Notes: a model not told the origin generated them from the letters alone. 64,000 nucleotides of DNA from Candidatus Limnocylindrales bacterium (GCA_038204565.1 JBBRCU010000008.1:18412-82411); one strand, 5' to 3'. Counted from the stretch's first letter, positions 39,073-48,989 are shown. A program made the numbers and translations.

Positions 39073-40442
39073 CGGGGTCGGGCATCGCCGGCGGCACTGA
39101 TCGTGCCCGGCAGGGACGCCTGGCCGGACGCCTGATCGCCGTCGGCGTGACCGGCTCCATCGCCGCGTACAAGGCCGCCGACCTCGTCCGCCGCCTGCGC
39201 GACGAGGGCGCCGAGGTCGTCGTCCTGATGACGCCGGCCGCGACCCGCTTCGTCGGCGAGCTGACGTTCGCCGCGCTGACCCGCCATCCGGTCGAGACCG
39301 ATGCCGGCGGCGGTCTGCTCGACGATCAGCGGATCGGCCACATCGTCATCGCCGACAGTGCCGACGCGATCGTCGTGGCCCCGGCCACCGCCCATTGGAT
39401 GGCCGCCATGGCGGCAGGGCTCGCCGGCGATGTCGTGACGGCTGCATGTCTCGCGACGACGGCGCCAGTGATCGTCGCTCCGGCGATGGACGGTGAGATG
39501 TACGACCACCCGGCGACGCAGGCCAACGCCGCCCGTCTCCGCGACGCATTCGGCTACCGCATCGTCGAGCCGGACGCCGGTCCGCTTGCCAGCGGCCAGA
39601 CCGGACGCGGCCGCCTCGCCGAGAGCGCGGCGATCGTCGCTGCGGTCGTCGCGACCGTCGCCGATCGGCCGATCCGCGCTCCGGAACCGAGCGACCGGCC
39701 GCAGATCGTCGCCGCGGCGCACGACGCGGACCTCGAGGGCCGCCGCATCGTGATCAGCGCGGGCGGCACGGTCGAGCCGATCGACCCGGTCCGGTTCATC
39801 GGCAACCGCTCGACCGGGAAGATGGGGGTCGCCCTCGCCCAGGCGGCGCTCGATCGCGGCGCGCGGGTCAGCCTCATCGTGGGCCAGGCCAGCGTCGCCC
39901 TGCCCGAGGGCCCGAGCGTGGACGTATCCCGGGCCGAGACGACCGCCGCCATGGGCGGGCTCGTGCGGGCCGCCATGGTCGGAGCCGACGCGCTGATCAT
40001 GGCCGCCGCCGTTGCCGACTTCCGGCCGCGCCGGACCGCAGCCACGAAGCTCGGCCGCGAGACCGGGCTGACGCTCGAGCTGGAGCCGACCGAGGACATC
40101 CTCGCCGGCATCGCCGAGACCATTCCCGCCCGGGGCGATCCGACCCGCCCGATCCTCGTCGGGTTTGCCGCCGAGACCGGGTCACTCGATCGCGCTTCCG
40201 ACAAGCTCCGCCGGAAGGGCGTCGACTTCCTTGTCGCCAATGATGTCGCCGAGGAGGGGTCCGGGTTCGGGACAGACACGAACCACGTCTGGATTCTGTC
40301 GGCCGACGGTCAGGAGGTCGACCTGCCGCTCCGTTCGAAGCGGGCGGTCGCCGACGAGATTCTCGATCGAGTCGTCGCAGCGCTGGACGCCCGCGACGGG
40401 CCCGCGCAGACTGCGCGTGAAACGCAGGAGATGCCCTCGTGA
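39069..40442 (+). CDS. coaBC: Phosphopantothenoylcysteine decarboxylase/ligase
   Basis: GVTGSIAAYKA, APAM, PIDPVRFIGNRSTGKMG and VGFAAET motifs. Confidence 0.96.
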   Translation: MTGSGIAGGTDRARQGRLAGRLIAVGVTGSIAAYKAADLVRRLRDEGAEVVVLMTPAATRFVGELTFAALTRHPVETDAGGGLLDDQRIGHIVIADSADAIVVAPATAHWMAAMAAGLAGDVVTAACLATTAPVIVAPAMDGEMYDHPATQANAARLRDAFGYRIVEPDAGPLASGQTGRGRLAESAAIVAAVVATVADRPIRAPEPSDRPQIVAAAHDADLEGRRIVISAGGTVEPIDPVRFIGNRSTGKMGVALAQAALDRGARVSLIVGQASVALPEGPSVDVSRAETTAAMGGLVRAAMVGADALIMAAAVADFRPRRTAATKLGRETGLTLELEPTEDILAGIAETIPARGDPTRPILVGFAAETGSLDRASDKLRRKGVDFLVANDVAEEGSGFGTDTNHVWILSADGQEVDLPLRSKRAVADEILDRVVAALDARDGPAQTARETQEMPS

Positions 40443-41356
40443 GTGCCACGTCCGAGACGGTTCGCCGGCTGACGGTCGGCGACATCGCCAAGCTCCATGC
40501 CGACGGTCAGCGGATCGCGATGCTGACCGCCTACGACTACCCGACGGCCAGGCTCCTCGACGAGGCGGGCATCCCGCTCCTCCTCGTCGGCGATTCGCTC
40601 GGCCGGGCGATGCTCGGCTACGAGAACGAAATCCCCGTGTCGATGGCCGACATGCTCCATCACACCGCGGCCGTGACCCGTGGCGCGAAGCACGCCCTCG
40701 TGATCGGCGACATGCCGTTCCTGTCGTACGCCGCCACGGATACGGCCGTCGCAAACGCCGGCCGCTTCCTGTCGGAGGCCGGTGCTCAGGCGGTCAAGGT
40801 CGAGGGCGGCATCCGGACCCAGCGCACGATCGAGGCGATCGTCAAGGCCGGCATCCCGACGATGGGCCACATCGGCTGGACGCCCCAGGCGGCGAACGCC
40901 GCGGGCAAGGTCCGGGTCCTCGGCAAGAACCGGGAGCAGGCCCGAACGCTGCTTCACGATGCCCTCGCCGTGCAGGAGGCGGGTGCCTTCGCCATCGTCC
41001 TCGAGCTCGTCCCGGAGCAGCTCGCGGCCGCGATCACCGAGCGTCTGCGGATCCCGACGATCGGGATCGGCGCGGGCGCCGGCTGCAGCGGTCAGGTCCA
41101 GGTGATCACGGACCTGCTCGGGATCGAGACCTGGCACCCGAAGCACTCGAAGCCGTACGCCGATCTGCGCGAGACGATCCTCGCCGCCGCGAAGGCCTAC
41201 GCCGCCGATGTCGCGGCCGGCACCTTCCCCGGCCCCGAGCAGACGGTCCGAATGGATGACGCGGTGCTCGACGAGGTCCTCGGCCGCGGTGCGCGCGATC
41301 GCGGGCGCGATGACGACATGGTTCCCGGTGGCATTCCGTTGGATCGGGACCTCTGA
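40439..41356 (+). CDS. panB: 3-methyl-2-oxobutanoate hydroxymethyltransferase
   Basis: MLTAYD, LLVGDS, DMPF, KVEGG and TIGIGAG motifs. Confidence 0.96.
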   Translation: MSATSETVRRLTVGDIAKLHADGQRIAMLTAYDYPTARLLDEAGIPLLLVGDSLGRAMLGYENEIPVSMADMLHHTAAVTRGAKHALVIGDMPFLSYAATDTAVANAGRFLSEAGAQAVKVEGGIRTQRTIEAIVKAGIPTMGHIGWTPQAANAAGKVRVLGKNREQARTLLHDALAVQEAGAFAIVLELVPEQLAAAITERLRIPTIGIGAGAGCSGQVQVITDLLGIETWHPKHSKPYADLRETILAAAKAYAADVAAGTFPGPEQTVRMDDAVLDEVLGRGARDRGRDDDMVPGGIPLDRDL

Positions 41357-41571
41357 GCGGAGGCCGTCGGCGACTCCCGATCTGCCCAGTGAATGGCCCG
41401 CCCGCCCGGCGGGTCATTCCGTTTGTCCCGGCCCCGGTGATGTGACCTCTGGCCCCTCTCGGCCGGGCGGCCACACGGGTCTACGGTCCGCCTGTCACCT
41501 GTGCGAGTCGGTCACCGACCCCGACGCTGCGGAGGAACAACTCACCATCAGTACGGACAGGGAGTCTGAAC

Positions 41572-42267
41572 ATGAACAAGCGGCTGCAACGCCTGGGCTT
41601 CGGCTTGGTGCTCATCGGGATCGTGTTCTTCGCGGCCGGTGGCTACACCTACGTGAAGACCCAGGCCGGGGCTCACGCGCTCCAGGCCTTCAGCACGGCC
41701 CAGAACGTCAAGCTCACCTACAACGCCCAGGGCCAGCTCGCGGACGCGACCGGCAAGACCGATGAGGCCGTCGCGATCATGGGCATGCTCCAGAACGACT
41801 GGGGCTTCAACGTCGACGCATCCGAGATGAACCCGAACGACCCGCTCGTGAACACCACGAGCGAGTACATGTACCAGATGGCCACCATCTCGTACCACAC
41901 CCTCCATGCCACCACCTCGGTGGTCATCCCTGCCGATGTCATCGTCGACGGCAAGGTCGTCACCGCGGCTGGCACCTACCCGTTCGTGAACGACGGCAAG
42001 TACTGGACCGGCTTCGACCGGACCGACCCGATCCAGGCAGCCGCGCGCGGCCAGGTCTGGACCGGAACCGCGCTCGCCCTCGTCGGCCAGCTCGGCGTCG
42101 GCAGCGTCACGGCCTCCGCCCTGACGATGGGCCTCGGGATCGCTGCGCTCTTCGCCCTCGTCGGCACCACGATCGTCCTGACCGGCCTCGGGCTGGTGTG
42201 GGCGACCCGCCCGGTGACCGAGAAGGTCAAGGCCCCGGCTTTCAAGCCGGTCGCGAACCCCGTCTGA
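41572..42267 (+). CDS. Hypothetical membrane protein (N- and C-terminal TM, extracytoplasmic middle)
   Basis: Strong codon bias, SD GGGAG and a downstream hairpin. Confidence 0.8.
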   Translation: MNKRLQRLGFGLVLIGIVFFAAGGYTYVKTQAGAHALQAFSTAQNVKLTYNAQGQLADATGKTDEAVAIMGMLQNDWGFNVDASEMNPNDPLVNTTSEYMYQMATISYHTLHATTSVVIPADVIVDGKVVTAAGTYPFVNDGKYWTGFDRTDPIQAAARGQVWTGTALALVGQLGVGSVTASALTMGLGIAALFALVGTTIVLTGLGLVWATRPVTEKVKAPAFKPVANPV

Positions 42268-42272
42268 ATTCC

Positions 42273-42302
42273 CGGGCTGATCGCTCCACGGCGGTCAGCC
42301 CG
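42273..42302 (+). terminator. Hairpin after the inserted membrane-protein gene
   Basis: CGGGCTGATCGC-TCCACG-GCGGTCAGCCCG; no U tract. Confidence 0.5.
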
Positions 42303-42430
42303 CGACATCGGGAGGCGAGCAGAGCTCGATATCGCGCCTGCCAGCTCCCGACCCGCCAGCAACGAACGGCGAGAGCCCAACGGCCCTCGCCGTTCCGCAT
42401 GTCCGGTGTCCGATGCCGTAGCCTCCGCAG

Positions 42431-43318
42431 ATGACCGACACCCGAACCACGATGGTGGTCCTCCGGACGCGGGAGGATCTCCGGGCGGCACTCGCCGACG
42501 CGCCGCGCCCACTCGGCGTCATTCCGACGATGGGCTGGCTCCACGCCGGCCACCGTTCGCTGATGCGTCGGGCCCGGGCGGACAGCGCCACGACCGTCGC
42601 CACGATCTTCGTCAACCCGCGCCAGTTCAACGAGGCGGCCGACTACCAGCGCTACCCCCGCGACAGAGCCCGTGATCTGGCGATCTGTGCCGAAGAGGGA
42701 GTCGACGTGGTGTTCGCCCCGGGGGTCGAGGAGGTCTACCCCCCGGGCTTCGACACGGTGGTGTCCGTCGGCGCCGTAGCCCGGCCGCTCGAGGGCGCCG
42801 CCCGGCCCGGTCACTTCGACGGCGTGGCCACGGTCGTGGCGATCCTGTTCGAGCTGATCGGGGCGGAGCGCGCGTACTTCGGCCAGAAGGACGCCCAGCA
42901 GGTCATGGTGATCCGCCAGATGGCCCACGATCTGGCGATCCCGACCGAGGTGATTGCCTGCCCGACCGTTCGCGAGCCCGACGGGCTGGCGCTCTCGTCG
43001 CGGAACGTCCACCTCTCGCCTGCCGAACGGACCGCCGCGCCCGTGGTCCGTCGTGCCCTGCTCGCCGCGCGGTCGCGATGGAAGGCCGGCGAGCGGTCGG
43101 CAGACGTCCTCCGGGCCGTCATGTCCGAGACGCTTGTGGCCGAGCCGCTGGCGTCACCGGCCTACGCGAGCGTCGCCGACGGGCGGACCCTGGCAGAGCT
43201 CGACCGTCTCGTCGATGGCGAGCCGGCGCTCCTGTCGCTCGCAGTCCGGTTCGGTGCCACGCGGCTGATCGACAACGAGCCGATCGGCGACGCTGAAGCG
43301 GCGGTCGAACAGGGCTGA
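42431..43318 (+). CDS. panC: Pantoate--beta-alanine ligase
   Basis: PTMGWLHAGH, FVNPRQF, RPGHFDGV, FGQKD, GLALSSRN and RLIDN motifs. Confidence 0.96.
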   Translation: MTDTRTTMVVLRTREDLRAALADAPRPLGVIPTMGWLHAGHRSLMRRARADSATTVATIFVNPRQFNEAADYQRYPRDRARDLAICAEEGVDVVFAPGVEEVYPPGFDTVVSVGAVARPLEGAARPGHFDGVATVVAILFELIGAERAYFGQKDAQQVMVIRQMAHDLAIPTEVIACPTVREPDGLALSSRNVHLSPAERTAAPVVRRALLAARSRWKAGERSADVLRAVMSETLVAEPLASPAYASVADGRTLAELDRLVDGEPALLSLAVRFGATRLIDNEPIGDAEAAVEQG

Positions 43319-43464
43319 CGGCGATCGATCGTCAGGCTCGCCCAGACCACCGCCCGGAGTCGGCTGACGCCATCGAGGGCAGGCCGGTTGGGCGGACCTC
43401 CGCTCTCGTCGTTCAGTGGTTCCATCGCTGGTGGTCGAGGCGCCCTCCTCGTAGGGTCGGCGAC

Positions 43465-44430
43465 ATGGATGAACCCGCAGAGCGGCACCTCCCGATGATC
43501 GCCGGCGGGGCCCTGCTCGCGATCGCCGTCGTGCTCATGGGCCTGACCCTGCTCGGAGGACAGACATCGAAGATCCTCTCGACCGTCGGGAACTCGGTCG
43601 GCGGGACGTCGAGCGGCGAGGAGCCGGCGCCCGCTCCGACGGCAGCTCCGACGGTCGCCGCCGGCAGGACCGGCGGCCAGCTCGCCGCGACCGGTCCGAC
43701 GGTCCCGACCCTGCTGATCGTCCGGACCGGGACGCTCGAGCTCGAGGTCGCCGACCTCGATGGCGCCGTGCGATCGGCCGATGTGGCGGTCGCTGGGTCC
43801 GGCGGGTATGTCAGCTCCTCAGAGCGCGCGGCAACGGGCGACGCAGCAGTCGCGGCCGTCTCCTACCGGATCCCGAGCACGGCCTGGGACGCGACCCTCG
43901 AGCGCCTGCACGGCGTGGCGAGCCGGGTCGTCGCGGAAAAGATCGCGACCGACGAGGTCTCGGGCCAGGTCTTCGACCTGTCTGCCCGGATCACGAACCT
44001 GCGCGCCACCGAGGCGGCGCTCCAGGCGATCATGGCGAGGGCCACGAAGATCTCCGACGTCCTCGATGTCCAGGGCCAGCTCACGACGACGCGAGACGAG
44101 ATCGAGAAGCTCGTCGGCGACAAGACGCACCTCGCGAACCAGGCGGCGTTCGGCAGCCTGGCGGTCACCTTCCGACTGCCGCCGCGGCCGGTGCCATCGG
44201 CCACGCCGCTGCCGGTGAAGGGCTGGGACCCGGGCTTGGACGCGTCCCGCGCGACGAACAAGCTCGTCCGGATCGGCCAGACGTCGACCTCGATCGGGAT
44301 CTGGCTCGCGATCGTCGGACTTCCCCTGCTGATCGGCGCAACGATCGTGATCGTCGTCGCCTGGCAGGTCTACCGACTCGGACGATGGGTTGCCGGCCGG
44401 CGCTGGACCGAAGGTCGAGCCACCGGCTGA
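43465..44430 (+). CDS. DUF4349 domain membrane protein
   Basis: IVRTGTLEL, GGYV, RIP, EV+GQ..DL.AR..NL, coiled coil and C-terminal TM; TAGGGT 7 nt before the ATG. Confidence 0.8.
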   Translation: MDEPAERHLPMIAGGALLAIAVVLMGLTLLGGQTSKILSTVGNSVGGTSSGEEPAPAPTAAPTVAAGRTGGQLAATGPTVPTLLIVRTGTLELEVADLDGAVRSADVAVAGSGGYVSSSERAATGDAAVAAVSYRIPSTAWDATLERLHGVASRVVAEKIATDEVSGQVFDLSARITNLRATEAALQAIMARATKISDVLDVQGQLTTTRDEIEKLVGDKTHLANQAAFGSLAVTFRLPPRPVPSATPLPVKGWDPGLDASRATNKLVRIGQTSTSIGIWLAIVGLPLLIGATIVIVVAWQVYRLGRWVAGRRWTEGRATG

Positions 44431-44633
44431 TCCTTCGGCGGCGCGTCGTCCGGGTCCGCCCGCGAATTCGTCGAGGGGAGCGGGCGGACCCGGCCCGCGG
44501 CGCGCCACGCGAGCGACCGATGTGCACGTGCCGTTTTAATCGAGCTGGGCGGTCCGCCCGATGATGGCGACGTCGATCCGCGTCTCGACGCCGAGCTTGT
44601 TGTTCAAATCGGCAGGACAGCAGGAGGTCGGAC

Positions 44634-44861
44634 ATGATCGGATCAGGACTGGCAATCAGGTTCCCGGGCTCGAGTCGTCGAAGCGATCCCGCGACGACGG
44701 TCCGTCGGCCGCAGGTCGACGGCGAGGTTGCTGAGGTCCGGACGACCGCGATGGACCATGCGTCACGATCCACGCGGCGGTCGATCGCTGCGTTCGACAA
44801 CCCGATGTGGGCAATCAAGGCCGTCGGTCCTCTTCCGATCGGGGCTCGAAAGGTCTGGTGA
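44634..44861 (+). CDS. Putative small protein (75 aa)
   Basis: AGGAGG SD 6 nt before the ATG in an otherwise empty intergenic region; codon bias weak. Confidence 0.4.
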   Translation: MIGSGLAIRFPGSSRRSDPATTVRRPQVDGEVAEVRTTAMDHASRSTRRSIAAFDNPMWAIKAVGPLPIGARKVW

Positions 44862-44950
44862 GCCGAGTATCAGGATCGGGGCATCGAGCTCGGCTCTGCC
44901 TCATACCATGCTGGCCGCAGCGTCCTGAGCGCGAGCGACCACGAGTCGCC

Positions 44951-46141
44951 CTATTGCGTCGGAACCTCCGTCGCGACCGCCAGGATCCGCTCGATGTCAA
45001 GGTGCTCCGCGACGAGTGCCTTGATCAGCGAGATCTTCTCCACGTCGGCGGGATGGGTTTTGACGAGCAGGTCGTGGATCTCCGACGCCACGACATAGGT
45101 ATCGCGCGGAGCGATCGTGGCGAAGAGATCGGCCTGGCGGATGGCCGCCAGGACGGCGTCGCGGGGCCGGTAGCCGCCGGTCAGGACGAGTCCGATCGCC
45201 GCTCCCTCGTGGCCCTCGACGTTGGCCGTCCGCTCGTTCGTCGCCTCGGCCGCGATCTGGGCGATCTTCGCTGCCTCCGCCGGGCCGGCGACCCGGAAGC
45301 GGCGAGCCAGGTGGGCCGTCGTCAGAGTCAGGATCACGTCCTCACGGTCGCCGGGCACGATCACCAGTGTCCCGGGCCCGACCCGCTGGAGCATGTGGCT
45401 CGGCTCCATCGCCCCGATCGCCACGCCGTCGATCACCCGGTCGAGATCGGGCCCCGGGTGGATGGTCTCGCCGCCGACGCCCTCGAGGACCATCCCGAGG
45501 GTCGGGTTCGAGAGGATCGGTCGGACCGGCAGCACGCCCAGGAGGCGGATTCCATGGAGGGCCAGACCGCGCTCGAGGACCTGCTCGATCCCGGGCTGTA
45601 CGTCGAGATCGACCTTGTTCACGATCGCTCCCGCAACCGGCACGCCGTGGGCCGCGAACAGCGAGGCGTTCAGGACGATCTCGTCGATCGGCCGGCCTAC
45701 GCCGCCCTCACTGACGATGATCGCCGGCGCCCCGAGCATCGACGCGACCACGGCGTTCGAGAGACCAATCACCGCTCCGACACCAGCGTGCCCGGTCCCC
45801 TCGATCAGGAGGATGTCGTGGTCCGCCCGGAACGTGTCCCGAGCGGCGACGATCCTGGCCCCGAGATCCTCGACGACGTCGCCGGCGATGTACTTCTTGG
45901 TGAAGCCGCGCGGGATATGGACCGGGCTCATGTTCGCGTAGTCGGCAGCGAGGGGGAATACCTCGTGCATGAGGACGGCGTCCTCGTCGGCCGGCTGGCC
46001 GTGATCGATGACCGTCCGTTGCCCGACCGGCTTCATGAACGCCGTCCGGAGTCCGGCCCGGAGGAACCCGTCGAACAGGCCAAGCGAAGCGGTTGTCTTG
46101 CCGCGGTTCTGGCCCGTGGCGGCGAGGTATAGCTGGCGCAC
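44951..46141 (-). CDS. BioD-like P-loop plus DRTGG domain protein (phosphotransacetylase N-terminal-like)
   Basis: ATGQNRGKT, FMKPVG, IEGTGH, VNKV and VPGDREDV motifs; no PTA catalytic domain. Confidence 0.85.
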   Translation of the reverse strand: MRQLYLAATGQNRGKTTASLGLFDGFLRAGLRTAFMKPVGQRTVIDHGQPADEDAVLMHEVFPLAADYANMSPVHIPRGFTKKYIAGDVVEDLGARIVAARDTFRADHDILLIEGTGHAGVGAVIGLSNAVVASMLGAPAIIVSEGGVGRPIDEIVLNASLFAAHGVPVAGAIVNKVDLDVQPGIEQVLERGLALHGIRLLGVLPVRPILSNPTLGMVLEGVGGETIHPGPDLDRVIDGVAIGAMEPSHMLQRVGPGTLVIVPGDREDVILTLTTAHLARRFRVAGPAEAAKIAQIAAEATNERTANVEGHEGAAIGLVLTGGYRPRDAVLAAIRQADLFATIAPRDTYVVASEIHDLLVKTHPADVEKISLIKALVAEHLDIERILAVATEVPTQ

Positions 46142-46318
46142 TACGGAGTCCTGCCGATCCGCGCTTGAGTCTCCGCAGACTCAGGTGAGCCGGTTGCCTG
46201 CTCGGATCCGTTCCGAATCCGTTGGAAGTCGAGACAAACCACGCTTGCTGGGCCCCGATTTGAGTCCACGGAGACTCGCGGCTGGGTGGCGGTTGGTGGG
46301 CGTCGGAGCATGCCAGCG

Positions 46319-46447
46319 TCAATCAGCGGCGTGGGAAATCATCACGATCGCGACTCCAGCGCTGAACATCAGGAACAAGACTGGTGGCCCCAGGACGACC
46401 ATCCAGAAGATCAGCCGGTTCCGGCGCCGTTCACCGCGTCGGTCCAT
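46319..46447 (-). CDS. Small single-pass membrane protein (42 aa)
   Basis: MDRRGERRRNRLIFWMVVLGPPVLFLMFSAGVAIVMISHAAD; starts 8 nt after the upstream stop; below the ORF-track cut-off. Confidence 0.55.
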   Translation of the reverse strand: MDRRGERRRNRLIFWMVVLGPPVLFLMFSAGVAIVMISHAAD

Positions 46448-46455
46448 CGAAACGA

Positions 46456-47061
46456 TCAGCTACGGCTGGCCGTCTTGCGCTCGATCAGGGCGACCGCGTC
46501 GCGCAGTCGCGACAGCGTCTCGGCGTCGACCGCATCCGGCTCGAGGTATGGCCCGAGCCGCTCCATGACGTCGGTCACGAGCCCGAGGAAGACCGATGCG
46601 TCGGCCTGGAAGAACTGCGGCTCGTTGTTGTAGCGGACGAGCGTCAGGCGACCCTGGAGGACGCGCCGCTCCTCGACGTGGGCGACCTGAGTCGCGAAGT
46701 TGTGGCCCTGGATTCCGTCCGGGTTGTTGAGGAAGTTCAGGGCGTTGTCGATCGCCAGCCCGAAGCGCGCCCGCCACGCGACAAGCCGTTCGTGGACCTC
46801 GGAGGGGATGCGGACCTCGGCGACCTCCTCGAAGACCTCGGGCGCCACGGTCAGCAGCCCGACGAGCGTCGTCCCCGCGCGCGGCCCGAGCATCACCTGG
46901 AGGCTGCGCTCGAGGGTGAAGACCTCGGAATCGAAGCGCGGGCTGGTGATCACGTCAGTCAGGAGGTCCTCGACGTTGTCGAGGGTGCCGGGCTCGGCCA
47001 CCGCGTTCGCGAGATGGAGGATCTCCTCCTTGAACAGGAATTTTTCTTCGTGATCGAGCAT
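46456..47061 (-). CDS. Hypothetical soluble protein (201 aa)
   Basis: Strong codon bias; TACCAT 6 nt before the ATG. Confidence 0.8.
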   Translation of the reverse strand: MLDHEEKFLFKEEILHLANAVAEPGTLDNVEDLLTDVITSPRFDSEVFTLERSLQVMLGPRAGTTLVGLLTVAPEVFEEVAEVRIPSEVHERLVAWRARFGLAIDNALNFLNNPDGIQGHNFATQVAHVEERRVLQGRLTLVRYNNEPQFFQADASVFLGLVTDVMERLGPYLEPDAVDAETLSRLRDAVALIERKTASRS

Positions 47062-47114
47062 GCGCGGATGGTAGCAGCCGACCGTTCAGCCGAAGCCCAT
47101 CAGCCGCCGTTCGA

Positions 47115-48800
47115 TCAGGCCTGTCCGTCGCCGAGGCGATCGAAGAGGTTCCGCGTCATCCGGATGACCCGCTCATCAACGGGGGTTTGGACGCCGCGAT
47201 AGGAGCGATCTCCGAAGCGGTCGATCGCCCACGACCACTGGAAGGTGCCGGCGGCGAAGACGGTCGCGCCGGATTCGGCGGTATAGATCGTCGCGTTGTG
47301 GATGGCCGGTCCCCGCGTGCCCTGCGTCCTGATCGCCGCCGCGGCCTGACTCGCCGGCGCCCGGCGGACGTCGATCGACCGGCCAGTCCTCCCCGCGAGC
47401 CCATGCCAGCGATGGACCCGGACGGGACTCGACGCCAGCAGCGTCGTTCCGGGCGGCGCGAATTCCGGAAAGAACGTGTCGAACTCCTGCCCGACGAGAT
47501 TCCGGAGATGATCGCCGTCGCGGAGCCCCGTTCCCTCGTACAGCCAGTGGCCCGCGCCGGTGACGACCCAGTCCGCGACCCGCTCGACCGTGTGGCCGTA
47601 CATCTGGCCGATGATCACGGCCTCGGGGTCGTCGACCGGCTGCTCCCGCCAGCGGCAGGTCGTCAGATCCGGCCGTGTCGCCGTGATCGGATCGGCGACC
47701 CGCGACTTGTAGCAGACGACCCGCCGCGCGGGCCCGAGGGGCGAGGCCTCGAACCGGACCTGCCAGAAGACCTCGTTGGCGGAGAGGAACGCGACGTTCG
47801 TGCCGGTGCCCAGGGCGCGCTCGAGCGTCGCCCGCATCGGTCGTGACCAATACTCGTGGTGGCCGGCAAAGACGAGGAGACGGCGGCCGTCGACGATCTC
47901 CGGATGGAGCTCCAGATCGACATCGGCGCAGCTGTCGACCGCCCGCCCCTCCCGCTCCTGCCAGCGGATGAACGGCAGCTCCCAGCGCGGCAGGTAGCCG
48001 GCCCCGAGGGCCAGGGCATAGGGCCGGTCGAAGCTCACCTGGGTGGCCCGTCGGCCGTGAGCATCGGTTGGGGCATCGGCCGTCGTCGCGTCGTACAGAT
48101 CGGCGCCGCCCCAGGAGTTGTACGCCTGCCAGGTCGTCGCCGCGCTGACGAAGAGGACGGGCGCGGGCACGCCGCCGGGCGCCGGCCGGACGATGAACGG
48201 CGCGCGTCGCGGCTGCCCGCCCGGCGGCCGGATCACCGCGACATAGGCGCCGCTCACCCAGCCGGACGGGACGGTCAACGAGACTGCCGGCGCGAAGGCG
48301 GCCTCCGCCCGACCGGACGCTCGATCGATCGCGCGAGGGCCGGGCGGGCGCGCCCGGACGGCGGCATCCTGGCGGACGAGCCGCCCGCCGAGGCCGCCAT
48401 ACCAGCCGAGCCGATACCAGTCGACATCGACCGCGCTGCGACCGCCCAGATGGAGCGTGATCTGCTCGCCGGGCGCCACGGAGGCGGCGTCGAGGAATCC
48501 TTCCACGTTCGCGCGCCCGACGGATGCGTGCGGGTCCCAGCCGCGGTTGCCGAGACGCCGGTTCTCGACCGCGATCCGGTCATCGTGCCCTTGCCAGCGG
48601 GGCGCGATGGCCGGGGTGAAGGACGGTGGGGCGCTGCCGGTCGGAGCGAGGTTGCCGGTCGGAGAGGCGGTCGAGAACGCTGTGCTCGGCTCTCCGGTCC
48701 TGGACGGCAGGCCGGACCGAGCACAGGCGTCGACGGTGGCCGCGACCCCGAGGGCAAGGCCCGCCCGACCGACCGAAACGAGGAACTGGCGACGGTCCAC
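47115..48800 (-). CDS. Tat-exported N,N-dimethylformamidase beta-subunit-like (DUF6605-type) protein
   Basis: DRRQFL Tat motif and possible lipobox VDAC; TWQAYN.WGG, SFDRPY, GHHEYWS and VFAAGT..W motifs. Confidence 0.8.
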   Translation of the reverse strand: MDRRQFLVSVGRAGLALGVAATVDACARSGLPSRTGEPSTAFSTASPTGNLAPTGSAPPSFTPAIAPRWQGHDDRIAVENRRLGNRGWDPHASVGRANVEGFLDAASVAPGEQITLHLGGRSAVDVDWYRLGWYGGLGGRLVRQDAAVRARPPGPRAIDRASGRAEAAFAPAVSLTVPSGWVSGAYVAVIRPPGGQPRRAPFIVRPAPGGVPAPVLFVSAATTWQAYNSWGGADLYDATTADAPTDAHGRRATQVSFDRPYALALGAGYLPRWELPFIRWQEREGRAVDSCADVDLELHPEIVDGRRLLVFAGHHEYWSRPMRATLERALGTGTNVAFLSANEVFWQVRFEASPLGPARRVVCYKSRVADPITATRPDLTTCRWREQPVDDPEAVIIGQMYGHTVERVADWVVTGAGHWLYEGTGLRDGDHLRNLVGQEFDTFFPEFAPPGTTLLASSPVRVHRWHGLAGRTGRSIDVRRAPASQAAAAIRTQGTRGPAIHNATIYTAESGATVFAAGTFQWSWAIDRFGDRSYRGVQTPVDERVIRMTRNLFDRLGDGQA

Positions 48801-48960
48801 GGGCCTCCATCCACCGGCGGTCGGGAGAACGCGTCCACACGCAACCTTGCCCCGGGTCCGGCGGCCGCGAGGATACCCCGCACCGAGCCTCGAACCGGTC
48901 AGCGATGAGGTATCGAATTCGTCACCCTGGCGCGGAACCAGCCAGAGGGGCCCGACGGAA

Positions 48961-48989
48961 CGAAGCCCCGGTCGCGGACCGGCGCTTCG
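48961..48989 (-). terminator. Hairpin downstream of gdh
   Basis: CGAAGCCCCGGTC-GCG-GACCGGCGCTTCG about 20 nt past the stop codon. Confidence 0.5.
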
